From assembly GCF_009834535.1 (NCBI RefSeq), contig NC_045697.1, positions 2,048,001 to 2,112,000 of the forward strand: a stretch of 64,000 bases of DNA. The letters run 5' to 3'. This document shows, piece after piece, positions 34,226 through 47,869 of the stretch. Origin of the DNA: Camelus ferus (Eukaryota). Each line of letters starts with the position of its first letter. Positions within the stretch are counted from its first letter, which is position 1. Both the position numbers and the translations under genes were made by a program. The notes under the pieces are model-generated. The model saw nothing but the letters and a program-made list of their open reading frames with translations, did no database searches and was not told the origin of the DNA.

Positions 34226-37200
34226 AAGGTGTGAGATTAAATAAAGAATAATTTTTACTTTCCTTTTGTGACTATGTTGTGTTGATGTAAAGGTAAAAAT
34301 GAATTTAAATTATTAACAGAAATTTGTCACTAATTACTGGGAACCAATCTTAAATTCATCCTGTTCTGAGAGTTGTTCCATCTTAATATGTTCTCCTAAT
34401 ACCTAATTAGAACCTTCTGTGGAGAACTGCAGGCGCAACTACACGCTCAGAAGCGACTGGTTTGGATGCTGGATTTAGGAAAATGACTGCATCGTTCCTC
34501 TCACGCAGAAAACAGGAGTAGACCTGCTAGGCGGAAGTAGGTCTGCTGGACAGGGCAAGAACTGCGCCTAGGGAGTGAGCACAGACTTCGTGGAGTAGAA
34601 ACATCGAGTGTGTATTTTGAAACCCCTTGTGCTAATAAAGCCAGGTGAGAGGGCGGGGCACGGCTTTGCTGTTTACAGGCGTGCTGGCCGTGTGCCTGCC
34701 TCTGGCTGTCTCTGTGCAGGGGCACTGGATTGCAGTCCACGTCCTGGTGGACAAGTGACCTTTGGATATGTTGTGTCCTCAGTGGACCAGTTAGCCACTT
34801 AGTGTTTTGTGCACACATGTAGGCTGCGTTTTCATGTCCATAGTCTGCAAAAGCAAGTTTTTAAAAATTTTGGTTTTGATTTTGAGTGAAAAAAAGTCAC
34901 TAAATATCTGCCTTTGTATTTGCCTATATAAATATTTTTGAAATTTTGCAGATTCTCAGCCCAGCAAATAACTTGTTCATGTGAACGTGCTGAAAATAGT
35001 TGGTTAGTACGGTTGTGTTTTAAGCAGCAGAGAACGAGCTGCCAAGTCGTGGGGCAGCAGAGTCCTGTGGCTCCGGTGGCTCCACGTGGGCCCGTGGAAG
35101 AGGGGCAGAAAGTGCCGTGGCTTCCAGCTCAGTCCCTGCGAGGGGCCGGCCCTGTGGTGGGAGTTCCCATGGGGAAGGGCAGTAGGGCTGGGGGACGGGT
35201 GTTGGAAGGCTGCCTCTCCCCCTGCGAGGTCTGTCTGTGCTCATAAGTAGACTGTCTCCCCCTCTGAACCTCAGATTGTTTGTCTTTAAAGTGGAGGTGT
35301 CACAAGAAAGCCAGGGCTCAGTCCACAGGATGGATGTGCTCAGGGAAGGCCGTGGCCTGTGAGAGGCTCCCTGCTGCTGGCAGCTCCTTTGGTCTCGGGG
35401 TGGAGGATTCGTCAGCCTTTACTGGAGCCGCCTCCCATCTACAAAGCACAGAGGGAGCTGATGGGTGCTGACCCGGAAGGAACGAGGCTCCCACTGGCCA
35501 GATGAGCCCCTCAGTTTCCCCGTCTTTTAACAGCGGACCCAGCGCCGCAGACGTAGGTGTGTGCCTCTGTGTAGAGCAGAGCCGCCTGTGGTCCCGAGCT
35601 GCCTCACCACGGGCTGTTACAGCCGGCGTGCTGGTGAGACCGCGGTCGAGCAGCCACGAGAAGTCCTCACGGGGAGACAGCTCGGTGAGCCTCCTGACCT
35701 CGGACCAGCGCTCAGCACCTCTGCCGTGTCCGACCGGCCTCGCTGGCAGTGGGGGGCGCAGCCTGGGGCTCAGCAGCCAGGCCTCCGGTCTCCGCGGCGG
35801 CCCCGGAGGGCTGTGCCCAAGCGCATGGTGTGCGGTCCAGTGGGGCCGTTCCCGCTGGGCAGAGTGCAGGGCCATTGAGGCTAGAGAGCCCATGTCCCCA
35901 TGGTCACAGGCCAGTTCTACACCCTCCTCTAGGGCCCAGGGCCCCGCACGGACCTCGCCTGACCTGACTATGTGTCCCCGCTCTGCTCTCACTGGGCCAG
36001 ACCCACAGTCAGGGTCCACCACGCCCAGTGACCCGGGCGGAGGTGGCTGCTCAGGGAGGTTAGTCACCCCCTGGGTCTGGACGTGAGCACAGTATTCTGC
36101 TGTGTTGCATGCGTGGGGGCTCGTGTGTCCAGCAGTCTTTGGATGATCTGGAAGCACGTCCAGTGTAACGGGTTTGCGTGGACTCCTCTCCGCCCAGGCG
36201 ATCAGTCCCCTTTCTGCTGCTAGAGAACCAGCGAGAAGGGTTGCCCGACACCAAGTGGCTTAACTCTTCCTGCACTGGGCTGTTTGTGGGATCTGAAAAT
36301 AAAAGGTTGCGTTGTAAAAACGGTAAAACAGTCTTTTCTGGGCAGTGCGCTGAGCAGAGGGGCGTTAGGGCAGCGGTGGGCTCTGGTGGGAGGGCTGGCG
36401 CGGTCCAGGTGGGGCTGTGCGGTGGGCATCGGCACGGATCCCAGGGAAAAGCCCTGCGGCTCGAGGAGGTCAGCCCTGGTGTCCAAGAGGGAAGGGCTCC
36501 GTGTTTGTGGTGGGGAAGTGAGAGCTCAAAGGGGAAGGTGTGGGGTGGGCAGGAGGGGTCGGCCACTGCTTCCTGCTCCACATCACCCACACCGGGACCC
36601 CTGGTCCCCTCCTGGCCAGGTCCGCCCAGGGTGGCGTGGGCAGGAGGGGCCATCTGAGCACAGGGCTCAGCTCCAGGAGGGGAGCCTGGGCCGGCAGGGA
36701 GCCAGGCATGCCTGTCCGTGGGCTGGTTGCCAAAGGGGCTTTGCCTGCCGTCTCTGAACCTCTCAGGATGAGCTTGACGGCTGTCAGAGTTCCTTCCCCT
36801 TGACTGAGTCTCTCTTTCTGGCTCAGATGAGCTGCCTTGTGCTCACTGACCTCTCCCCTGCTCTGGCCTCTCCTGCGCCCACTCCTGGAAGGTCCTGACC
36901 GGAGCCAGGCAGCACCATCCCAGTCAGGCCACCTACCTGCCCCGGCTAGACTGGGCTGGGGAGGGGCTTCGGTCAGGCAGGGACCCTTTGTGTTCATCCC
37001 TCCGGATCTGCGGCTGCACAAATTCTTTTCTCACTTTTTAACACTCTGATTCTTGTTACCTATCTAAGAAGAAGGCCTCCTAATCTATCTGAGGGAAACT
37101 GTCATCAAATTTCTGTTTTCACATCTTCCGCTTTTTTTCCTGAAGAGGTTGGTCACTGTGAACTGGGTTTTCCCTGCATCCTTCTCTTGAAGTTGTGTCC

Positions 37201-38694
37201 TGTCCCCTCTTCCGCTCCTTCCCCTGCGAGGCTGTATGCAGCCCCTTTCTCCCGGGTCCTCGTCTGACAGGAGTGGAAGCTGGGCCCCTCTCAGCTGTGG
37301 TCCTGCGCGTGGGGGCGGGGGTGGGGAGGCTTGTCTCCTGAACCAGCGGCCTCTGACCAGCTCCCCTCCTCTGGGTCCTTCCCAGCTGCCACTCAGAGGC
37401 TGCCGTCCCCAACCTGCCTCTGCAGACCTGGAAATTTGTCCCTGTGGACATGCAGGAGGCCCAGGGAGCGCCTGCACCTGCTCCTGCCTGGTCTCCCCAA
37501 CCCCAGGCTTGGCGCCAGCCTCCAAGCCCCTGAATGCGACCCTCCGAGCCCCTCCAGGTCTGCCTGACAGTGATCCTTCCTTGCCCGCCATCAGCCCTCC
37601 TCCCACACCCCTGTCTCCAGCAACAGCCCGAGGGGACTTGGTGCTCAGCAAGACTGGTTGAACAAGTGGAAGCCATCCCAGGATTTGCCCGCACCCTGCT
37701 GACCTTCAGGGCACGGCTGCACCCCACGTCCCGCACCCACAACCACCTGAACCCGGGCTCTGCCTGCCTGGGAAGCATATGGCTCCGGCCCAGGCTCGAC
37801 TCCTCAAGGCAGAGGTTTGAGAGCGTGACTCTATCTCAGCCTTTATGAGAAAACATTTCCTGGGGTGGGGCTTCAGCTTCAGAGGAGCGCGGGGCTGGGG
37901 CCCTGGTCTGAGCGAGCTCTGTTTACCCAGAAGGAGCTCCCGGCGCGCCTCCGTCTGAGAACTACGCTCAGTGCCACTTCCTGCACAGACCGTCCCGGGA
38001 AGGCCAGTGTTGACGTTAGCTTGACTTGTCCTGTTGGGGTGCTGAGTTGGGAAGGTTCCAGAGCCCTGGACCTCCCGCCCTGTCTCCGCGGTGGGGGCTC
38101 TTGTCTTTCTTAAGCTGGGTGGGCCAGTGAGGAGCGGGATTCTCAGTCTGGACTTCAGTGGTAGGGTCGGAGGAGTCTTGCGTAAAGTCGGATGTTTACA
38201 TTGAACCCCGTGTCAGTGTCGCGCTTGGGCCCCACATCTGTGTTACTTCAGACTTTTAGAAGTGTTTACAGTGAATTATCTTAGGCGTGTCCAAGGGCAT
38301 GGACAGAAATATTAGCTGCCATTATGGGATCTTGGCTTCTTCTGATTTTATTGAAGTTGAAGAGCTCTTTGGGACACACACACTTTGAAAGGAGACACAC
38401 AGATTCCCCTCAGTGCCCCATCCCATGCCCTCTCCCTCTGCAGGAGCCTCTGGGGGCTTCGCGGTGGCCGCCCTGCCCTCCGTCCCTGGCCTAGGCCTGT
38501 TGTCTCTGGGTGGCACTGAACACACCCGGGGTTCCTTCGTTCTTTTGTCGTCACTGACTTGGGACCACAGAAATTCTCTGCTGTGAACATCACGGTTTGA
38601 ACCTAGAAATCAGTGCCTTTTCCTTGCCTCCACGTGAGCCTTACGTCCATTTGTCTCTTTGGTTGAAACTGCTGGAAAGAGTGGGGTGGTATGC

Positions 38695-38715
38695 GTGTGT
38701 GTGTGTGTGTGTGTG
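38695..38715. repeat. (GT)n microsatellite
   Basis: About 10 GT units seen directly. Confidence 0.9.
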
Positions 38716-40720
38716 CGCGTGCACGGTGTTGTGCAGCTGTGGACCCTGTGGGGGATGGGCCGCGGGGCACTGTCCCTTTTCCTCAGGCCGTGCGGTCCAA
38801 ACAGATATCCTGCTGGGAATAAATCCAAATCACTGTCCACTGAACTCTCCGGCTGGAGAGGCAGACCCGAGGAATGGGGACTGTTCGACCTTAAATAACA
38901 CATCTAAAGCACTTGGCGCGTTCTCGTGAGACAGACGTGCTTACGCTGAGTTGAACTCTAGTCCTGGAGACGTAGTACAGACCTCTTCAGGGCTGCTCAT
39001 TATGGTCTATGTTTACATCGTAAGCATAGAAAACGCGCTCTTTCTGGGACCTTTTTTCATGGGCAGCTTGTTTTTTGCAGGTCTGATTTTTGTACGTATA
39101 GCATGTCCACATGGGAATTTGGGAAGAACTGACGAAGTCTGAGCTAATGAAAACCCAGTATTCATACAAGTTATACTGGGTTTCAGAACAAACATGAGGA
39201 GTGTCAAGTTTTAATTCATAAAAGCCTACAGTGGTCTAAGCAAGAAATTTGGGAGTGCCGACTTGTAGTCACATTGAGCTGCGGTCAGTCCTGCTTGCCT
39301 TTTGTGGGGGGTGTGCTTTCGGAATTCTCTATGGGAGTTTCTGAAGTTTTGCCTTTTTGGACTTCCCCCATCAGCCAGGATGTGCTCAAAAAAAAAAAAA
39401 AAAGGCAAACTAGGTGTAAGAGTAACTTGGTCAGACACTGGACGCATCAGCCCCGAGGCCGGGAGAGATGACCTGGGAGCTGCCCGCCTTCCCCCGCCTG
39501 CTGCCAGCAGGCTGCTTGCCTGCACCCCCGGTCCACCCTGATGCCCGGTGCCGGCCACCCTTCCCCGAGGCGGCACCTGTCACTGCGGTGTGCTGACAGC
39601 TTCACCTCCCCTTAGAAAGAGTCCGCTGTGATGTGCTTCTAGGCCTGCTTCCGGGCCCCTCTCACAAGGGCTGAGGACCCGGAGGGCCCTGACGTGCCTG
39701 CCCTGGTACCAGCTCCGTCTCTCCCAGGTGTGCGTGCAGATAAATAGAGCAAACGTTAGCCGGTAAACAGAAGAATTATGTTACTGGGAACTTATTTGCA
39801 GACTAAGTAGTCGGTTAAGAAGTCATCACCTATTTCTCTGAAAGTGTGTAAACTCGGAGGAGGACCGTGGTTTATGTCCGGGTGACATTAAAGCGTGTCT
39901 CCGTGGAACTGTACTTTCAGACTAACGTCTGGTGGGGATAGAGATGGTTGCCGGGACAACGGGTCGTGAGCGGAGGTGGGAGACCACGAGCCAGGGCAGA
40001 TTTTCTTCCCATCATCTCAAGGGAATAATGTACCTTTGATATTATTTAGTTTATACCACGACTGGCGGTGATGTATTGTGAGCATGGGAAGGACAGCTTT
40101 CCCAGAGCATTTGTCAGCCTGGGGAGGAGACCCACCCCGCTCCTGAAGGGAAAACCGGACCCTCGGTGGGCGAGGGCTGATGGCTGTGTTGGCTCACAGG
40201 CTCTGCTCTTTGCCTGCCTGTCTGGCAAGACAACAGTTTAAAAGCTGGAAACACAACAGCATATGATTTTACATGGAAAAATGTATTGGTAAGGTGCTGA
40301 GTTCCTGTTCCAGAGTGTTTCTTACCTGGGACTCAGGATGCTTTTCGCCGTGACATGCCCTGTTCTTGTTGTCCGAGGACGGGCCCTCTGGGGCAGGAGG
40401 CTCTCTGGTCTTGCAGGTGTAAGTCCCACGAGGTGAGGGGCTGAGACCAGGTCTTCTCGAAATGGGAGAGGGTCCCCCATCTTCCATGCAGGCTGGGAAA
40501 CAGGGTTTGGGGGCTCTGGTGCTGGCGATGGGAAGGCCAAGCAGTGAGCCGGGGGTGCATTTGACATGGGCGGCTCTTCTCAGAATCCAGACCACAGGCA
40601 TGTGCTTCACTCCCCCGTGGTGGGCGTGGTGGGGGCGTTAACTGCAGGCCGGCTAACCCGGGGTACCTCTGGACCTTGCTGGTTTGGCTTTTAGCCTTAG
40701 GGGTCTTAAAACATGACCTC

Positions 40721-40826
40721 TTAGAAAAAATTATGTGTGTGTATGTATGTATATGTATAACTGAATCACTGCTGTACACCTGAAGCTAACATTGTAAACA
40801 ACTGCACTTCAATCCAAAGTTAAAAA
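40721..40826 (+). mobile_element. Very short 5'-truncated cetartiodactyl L1 3' end with TSD
   Basis: tgtataactgaatcactgctgtacacctgaagctaacattgtaaacaac...acttcaat plus A tail. AAAACA(G)TGACCTC on both sides. Confidence 0.85.
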
Positions 40827-41931
40827 AAACAGTGACCTCCACTTGCTGGGGAGGCCCGGCATTTGGGAAGGTGCTCCCCGTTTGCTCCCCTCTGTCGGCC
40901 AAGCCTCCCACATGCCCTGGGACCCCGTCTCCCCTCCGTCTGCAGAGGAAGGCGTGTGAGGCCTGGGGGGATGGGCCTGGGGAGACTGCAGCCCCTCTGC
41001 GGCCGCTGGGCAGCGATGGAAGGTGGCCAGTTACCCGGCCCCCCCATACTGAACCCGGCCCCCTTCCCACAGGTCAGGCTTCTTGATGTCTGTGCCGCTG
41101 ACACCCTGCCTTCCTCCACCCGGCTTCTTCCCCGTCCCGACCTCTCAGGAGCCTCTCCCTCCCTCCCTGTCTTGTCTCTCCCTGGGGGTGACCTTCCAAA
41201 GCCTCAGAGCTGTCCCACCTGCATGTGTGTCCCCAGGTGGTCTTGCTCAGATGTCCCCTCTGTGAGTTGCTCGGAGCTCAGTGACTGAGTGCCTGTCGCC
41301 CTGGGACCTCCCTCCGCCGCCGACCCCCTCTGGTCGGGACCTGCCCTCCTGCCCGGTGCCTGGGTTCTCGTTCCTAGGCCTTTGATCAGCACCCCTTCTC
41401 TCCTGAGTCTCCCGCCTCTTCCAGCCCCTGCTTGGAGCTCCCCCCACGCCTGCCTGCTCGGGGCTGTTCCCGCTCCACCTGGTGAGGCCCGGGTGGGCTG
41501 GGGGCCACCCCTGCTCTGCCATCACTGGGGGCTGTATCCCCACTCTGGGCGGGCCTGGGCCCCGGGCACGGGTGCTGATGGGCCCTGGCTGGACTGTGGG
41601 CGGGGGCCCTACCTCTTTGACCCGGGGCCGGTTAGACTGACATCCGTAAGGCTGTTGCACCGAGGTTGTTAGTAAGCCCGGCTGTCGGACATGCTGGGGT
41701 TTGCTCAGTGAAGACGGGCACCTCCGCCCTCCTGGGCCCCGGCTCCGCTGGGCGGGGCTCACTCCGGAACTGGAAGTGACTCTGGACTCGGAGAGGTGGC
41801 AGCTCTCCCGGGACACTGCCCGCGAGCCTCAGACCCTCTGGAGTCCCTGGGTTTGCTCCTCACGTGCACGTGCTGTTTCCTGACCTGTCATGAGGCCTCA
41901 TTAACTCATGTCTCTCTCTCTTTTCTTTCAG

Positions 41932-41953
41932 TCTGCAACTGTGTCTGATGGTG
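41932..41953 (+). CDS. RGS12: RGS12 22-nt micro-exon (SATVSDG plus 1 nt)
   Basis: Long pyrimidine tract tctctctctcttttctttcAG and donor GTG|GTAAGT. Encodes SATVSDG, which follows ...SLDDLE in RGS12. Confidence 0.93.
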
Positions 41954-44900
41954 GTAAGTCACACTTTCTGATGTATATTTTTTATTATTTTTAATGAAGC
42001 TTTTAAATTGTAGAAGTGTATTTCCTATTAAGCATGAGTAAATGATGTTTTCTTGGCCTGTCCGTACCCCATAGTGCTTGGGGGGGTGGGTTAGGGCCAG
42101 TTGCGGGGGCCCCGTCTCTCCCAGTGCCCGCGGCGTGTTTGGGAAGCGGTTTGTTGGGGGACGTGTGCAGTGTGATAACGACGCCTGGCGAGGCCTGGCG
42201 CGTACCTGTGCTTGGCAAGTTACAACCCGCTCTGCCTTGTTGCAGAACCAGCTTGTAAGCCAGCATGAGTGAAGTTGTCAAAGCTCTTGCTGAATTTGAG
42301 CAATTCTGGAAATTCGGGTGAGACTCTCAGTTGCTAAATTTACCTTAAAATTTAATAGCTGAATTGAGTGTAGTGGAATGAATTCACAGGAATCAAAACT
42401 CTGTCTTTAAATGACTTTGTGCGTGGGAATTCTCTTAACTGAGGCCGACCCAAGAAGGAAAGGGCCAGCGTTGTCCTGCTTCACTGAAGATATTTCTGTG
42501 ATGTAACCTTTATCATTTTAGTTCAATGATTGTTTAAGAATCTCCCGTTCTTCCAAGTGCTCCTCATTTCTTCTAATGCTTGTCAAAGTCCTCACGCTCA
42601 CAGGTTTTGCTTTGCTTTTTGACCTTTTTGATTGCTCTGTTCTTTTCTATTGGGAGTTGGGCTTTATAGTCTATGAAAATGTAAGAGCACTTTACTTCAT
42701 TTATTTACTGGCTGTGGGCCCCACGGACTGTCAGAGCTGCGGAAAGTAATGGGGTCCAAGGTTACTCTCGTTATTGTGAGTTAAAGAGAAACTGACTGTC
42801 GCTTTCTTGACACTTTCTATTGTCCTACAACTGATGACTTCAGTCACGGGCCTTAGGAAGGGTTGCTTGTGCCTGGACAGGCCGGAGCCCTGTACCTGGA
42901 GGGCAGGTGGGGCCCGAGTCTGCCGGCCTGGAAGGCGCAGCTGGTCGCTCTCTGTCTGTCGGTCCAGCGTGGGAAGTGTGAGATGTGCTGGTACCTGAGG
43001 CTGAGACCAGACACATCCTTAGGTTTGTGTTTGGGGACGTATTTTTTAATAAAAGAATGATGTTACATATCTTATTACAATGGTAATCATGTCATTTAAT
43101 CAGTCTTAAGCTAGGAGTGGGAAAGCCTCCTTAATTAAGACCTGTAACCAAACCCAGGCTGAAAGCAAGTGGTTTTTACAGTGTTCTGCTTGCGCTGGCC
43201 CTTTCTACCCTGTGCTCAGTCGCCTTTTCTGGTAGAAGGCATTCATTTCTGCAGGAAATTTGGAAATTTGAGGGTATTTAATATGATCAGTCTACTCATT
43301 AATATTAAGCTTCTGTTATCTCTAAAGTTTTCTTGTCAGCAGTAGATGCAGGAACCCCAGGGAGTTTGATTATATATTCCATTTTGTAATTTTTAAAAAG
43401 CTAAACTTCCCAAGTGTGGGAAGTCCCCGACTCACAGGCCTGGGTGTCCTTTCTAAGGAAGTGGTATCCTGGCTGGTGGCAGTGGCTCCCCCTTCCCTAT
43501 GGGGGATCCCCCCCCCGCCCCTCCTCTCCACCTCAGACCCAGTGCCCCTGGGGACAGACCCTCCCCTTGGTGGGCCCCTCTGTGACAGAGGCTGGGGATG
43601 GTCATGATTTCACGAGCACACCGTGAATATCAGGAACTGGGCCAGACAGTTACATGTATTCTATGGAGTTTATTTATGCTTTTATTATCTTTCCACCTTC
43701 AGTTTCTTTTCTGATTATAAGTAAGAAGAAAAACTCATCTCATTTCATTTGCATGTTAGTTCTGGGAGGAATGTGTTATATTCTGCTGTCTTTACACGTA
43801 AAAACACCCCAGCAGAAAGAGGGTCACGTAGATACCAAGCTGAAGTGGGAACTCAGACTTTGAGGTCTGCCTGATGGCAGGGCCAGGCCCTGGCCTCCCC
43901 CACCTCACCCCAGAGCCCCAGCTCCAGCCTCAGACCCTCCAGGTCCTGACATCTGCTTCCTGGGGTGCCCCCGACCCTGCTGTGGACCCCTGCCCAGCGG
44001 GGGATGGAGACTGGTTGAGGGGACCCAGGAGCGTGTCTCTCTCCACACGAGATGTTCCATACTCTGTGTTGGGCTGGGGATTGTGGTCCCCAAGGGCCCG
44101 GAGCTCCCGCAGCGCCAGCTCCTTGGGGTGAGGGGGGCGCCCTGCGCTGCCGGGGTGAGTCAGGAGCCAGCTCTGGGAAGCGGCCTCCTCACCAGCTGGG
44201 CCTGCCTCCACCGAGCCGCCCGGCCTAGTCCTGGTGACTAATAAAGCGCTCACCCAGAAATAGTTTGGGTTCAGTTAACCTCGTCAGTGAGCTCATTTGG
44301 AGTCATTAACTGCCGTGTTCAGTTCCCACGTTGTCCTCTTATGAGAGCTGTTCCCACCGTGCGGTCGGTTCCGGGGCTGCCCTGTCGGGGGGCTGCCCGG
44401 TGCCCTGTGTGCAGCCGCCCCCCCCCCCCCCAGCCCGCAGAGGGAGAGGGGCCCCAAGCCAGAGACCACCCTGTGAAGGCAGGCGTGGGGGTCAGTCCTT
44501 GGAGGGCAAGCCAGGGGCAAGTGAGCGCGGGGGCAGATTCTGCCCCGAGGAAAGGAAGACCATTCCGGCACTTCAGAGAGGCTCAAAGGGTGCTGATCTG
44601 CCCCGTGGCAAATTATTCACGCTGAAGACCCCCAGCGGCAGGAGCTTGGTGGGGGCCTGAGACCTCGCCTTGAGGGGAGAGAGCCTTCCAGCAGCCTGCA
44701 CCTGGGGTCGGGCACAGCGCAGCTTCGTTGTCATAAAAGTTTATTCTCCTATTTTCTTTCTTTTCTTTTTTTTTTAACTTTGCACCAAGCAGCGTTGCCA
44801 GGATCCCCCTACTCCACCCAACTCCCACACCCAGGGACGACCAGGCTGCCAGGAAGTTTAGGCCCTCTGCTTCTTTACCCCCCTTGCCAGGGAACTGGCT

Positions 44901-47869
44901 GAGAGCCCGCGGGGCTCGCTTCTGCTTCTTTGAGAAAGTCAGTCAGTTCTACTCAAAGCAGTTTGGTTGTAAAAGTCTTTTTTCTGTGTCATTATTTTAA
45001 CTTCTTAGACATATCTCGCTTCTTTTTTACTTTCTATTCATTTTGTAATAGTACTGATTTTTGTCCTCACTTGGTCTAATCATCTTTGCATTGGCCCCTT
45101 TCTCTCTTAGAACTTGAAGAATTTCTAAAGTTCTCTAGGCTACGTCTTCTTCCAGACCAGACCTTGTGTTTGCTTTTTGCGTATCGTGTACCTTCTGTCA
45201 TCCACCCACCCACCTACCCATCTGTCCGCCCATCCGTCCACCTGTCTTTCAGCGCATCCCCCCGTCTGCAGGTGTCAGCAGCCCGCCTGGTCCTCATCAC
45301 CGGGCTTTCTGGCACTGACGTCTTGAGCCCAGAGAGGCCGCAGTGCTGAGCCCTGGTGCCCTTCCGCCCGGTGCCGACCTCCGCAGCGCCAGCTGGGCTC
45401 TCCCCGCTGGGCTCTCCCCGCAGGGCTTCCCCTTGGTCCCCCGAGCTGCCCTGCCACCCGCCTCCAGAAGAACGCTCAGGGTTTTGTTGGTATGCCTTCC
45501 TCCCCGGGACAACTGATGGGTTCTCAGCGGTGGGTCACGTGCAGAGCCTGTCAAAACCTTTTTATTCTTATCATTTGTTGGCTTTTTTCTTTTTCTTGGT
45601 TGAAGCTTCTGGCATCAGACTGTGCCCTCTTTTTTTTTTTTTTTTTTTTTTTGGCTGCTTTTGCTAAATTTGTGGCTGATTTTTGTCCCCCTGGCCCACC
45701 CCCGCCTGTGGTGGATGTGAAGAAGGAGAGTCTGTGACTCCTTCACTCGCCCATACTCACCCGAGATGCTGCTGGGAGCAGGTCTGTTTTGTCTTGTTTG
45801 GAAATAGAACTTTCAGCAGGAAAGGAAGAAGAAAGTGGGTTGTCATAGACTAGAACTTTCCAGTCCTTTCCACCTACTCCTCTTGGTGCTAGGGTGCGAG
45901 TGGTCTTGGGTCTGGCTGCTCCCTCCCCAGGGCCCAGGAGGGCCCTTCTCCCAGAAGTTTGCACTCACCTGGCCAGGGCTGAGTGTCTTTCTGGGTCCTG
46001 CCCATCTGCAACCCTGCTGGACACTGCGTGAACCCTGGTGGGCACGGTCAGGGCCAGATCCAGGGTGGGGTCCCTGATCCCCACCCCCAGGCTTGGGGTC
46101 CCTCCTCCTGCCCAAGTCCAACCCCCGCTCCCCATCCGGGCCTGCCTCTTGGCTCTGTTTCCCTTGTGCTCTACATTCACGGTCAACTTGGTTTCCAGAA
46201 GTGACTCTTATCACAGCAGGTGTCTGGGGTTTGCAGGGTCTCTCCTTTAACACCATCCTGCATGAGGGAATAAATGCAACACACAGAAAGCCGCCTGTTG
46301 CCTTTGGTCATTCGCTGGAAACTGCTGGCTCCTCCGGGAAGCTCCAGCGTGGCCAGCATCCTGCCCCCAGAGCAGCTCACCTCACGGTAGCGGGGACCGG
46401 GCCACGGGGGAAGCCCACCGGCATGCCGTTCTCCCTCCATCTGTGTCTTCATCTTTACTCTGGGCCTCGTCGCATCTTCCCTTTGCCTGGTGGGACCGCC
46501 AGGCGGGAGCAGGCACCACGGCAGACTGCTTCCTGGGCCCTCAGAGCTACTGCCCTGACAGTGACAGTCACACCCCTGTTAACTGGGGAGTTAAACGGCC
46601 TCTGTCTGTTGAATATAAGATGTTATTATCTTTAGTGTTTTTGGCCAGTGAATTCGCATTCCATAAAATTATGAACGAGAAAGAGAAATGGAGAGGTTTC
46701 AGAGCAGTGCCATGGGATTTGCACAAAATCTCCTCGTCAGAAAAACCGTGCAGCCTGTTTGCACATTTTCAGAGATGTTTGCTAAAAGTAAGATGGAATG
46801 TTCATTTGTAATTTGCTGTGTGAGGGGGTTATTGTAGCCAGAAGTCTGTATTTTAAGTCTGTTTAATGTATCACATTCTTTATGGTTTGCTTTTGAACTT
46901 AAAAATTATACCCAGAAAACATAGTGTATTTATAGGGTACGAAGTACTAAGTATTTGTAAACACTAGTCAGACTTAGATTTTAGTTTTTCAAAGTATGGA
47001 GGCTTGATTTCTGCCAAGATTCCTTCCAATGTACTTATTTCTTTCCAGTTCTACAAGATATTTGGAGAGAGTTTTTATTAGTAAGTCTTCATAGTTGTGA
47101 ATTTTTTTTCAAGCAAACAGAAGTTCAAAAGAAATAAAACCAGTGACCACATGCCTTCCCCCCCACCCCCCAGAGGTCGCGTCTGTTGACATGTGGGCAT
47201 CTCTGCCTCAGCCCTTTTCCCTGGAGCATTGCGGTCACCGTGGAGGTCCCCTTCATGACCCTCCTGTGTCTGTTCCTTGTCCCCCCCCCCCCCCAGTGGC
47301 CCTGCCTGGAAGCAGGTGTATCCTTCCCACTCCAAGGGGAGTGAAAATTTGATTTTTGGAGGGAAAACCTTTCTTAGGGAACTTAGTGTGAAAAGCAGTG
47401 CCAGGACTGCTTAGTAAGCCCTGTGACCGCCCGGGGGCATCTCCCTGTGGCAGCTCCCGCCACAGTCCAGCCCATGTGGGTCCTCCTGGTCTGGGAGCCG
47501 CTTGCATGAGTGTTTACTTATGCCTTGTGCCCCTTTTTTGTATGTATTGTATGTCAGTAAAGAGTTTACTCAAATAGTTAATGTTGTTTTAAATGTTTGA
47601 AGCTTCTCACCTAAGGACTTTCAGAATAGTCTGAAATTTTTATTAGGTTCACTCCCAGGAGAATATGTGTAAAGTTGCTGAGAGAAAGTATTATATAGAG
47701 TGGACTGGAAATCTAATTGGGCAAGTAATTTAGGGGGAAAGTCTCAAAGTCGCCCCTGAGGTTGGGGAGGGCTCAGTGGCTTCTGTCAGGGGCTTTGTCT
47801 AGGCAGCTTCTGTGCAGATTTGGGAAAACTGTAAAAAGGGAAGGAGCGTGTCCCTGGGCGTTCCTTAGA

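Noticed and set aside
28690..37780. Numerous 150-280-aa ORFs on both strands
   Set aside because: Expected in high-GC intron with few stop codons. They are Pro/Gly/Ala/Arg-rich, overlap in several frames and have no domain or splice support.
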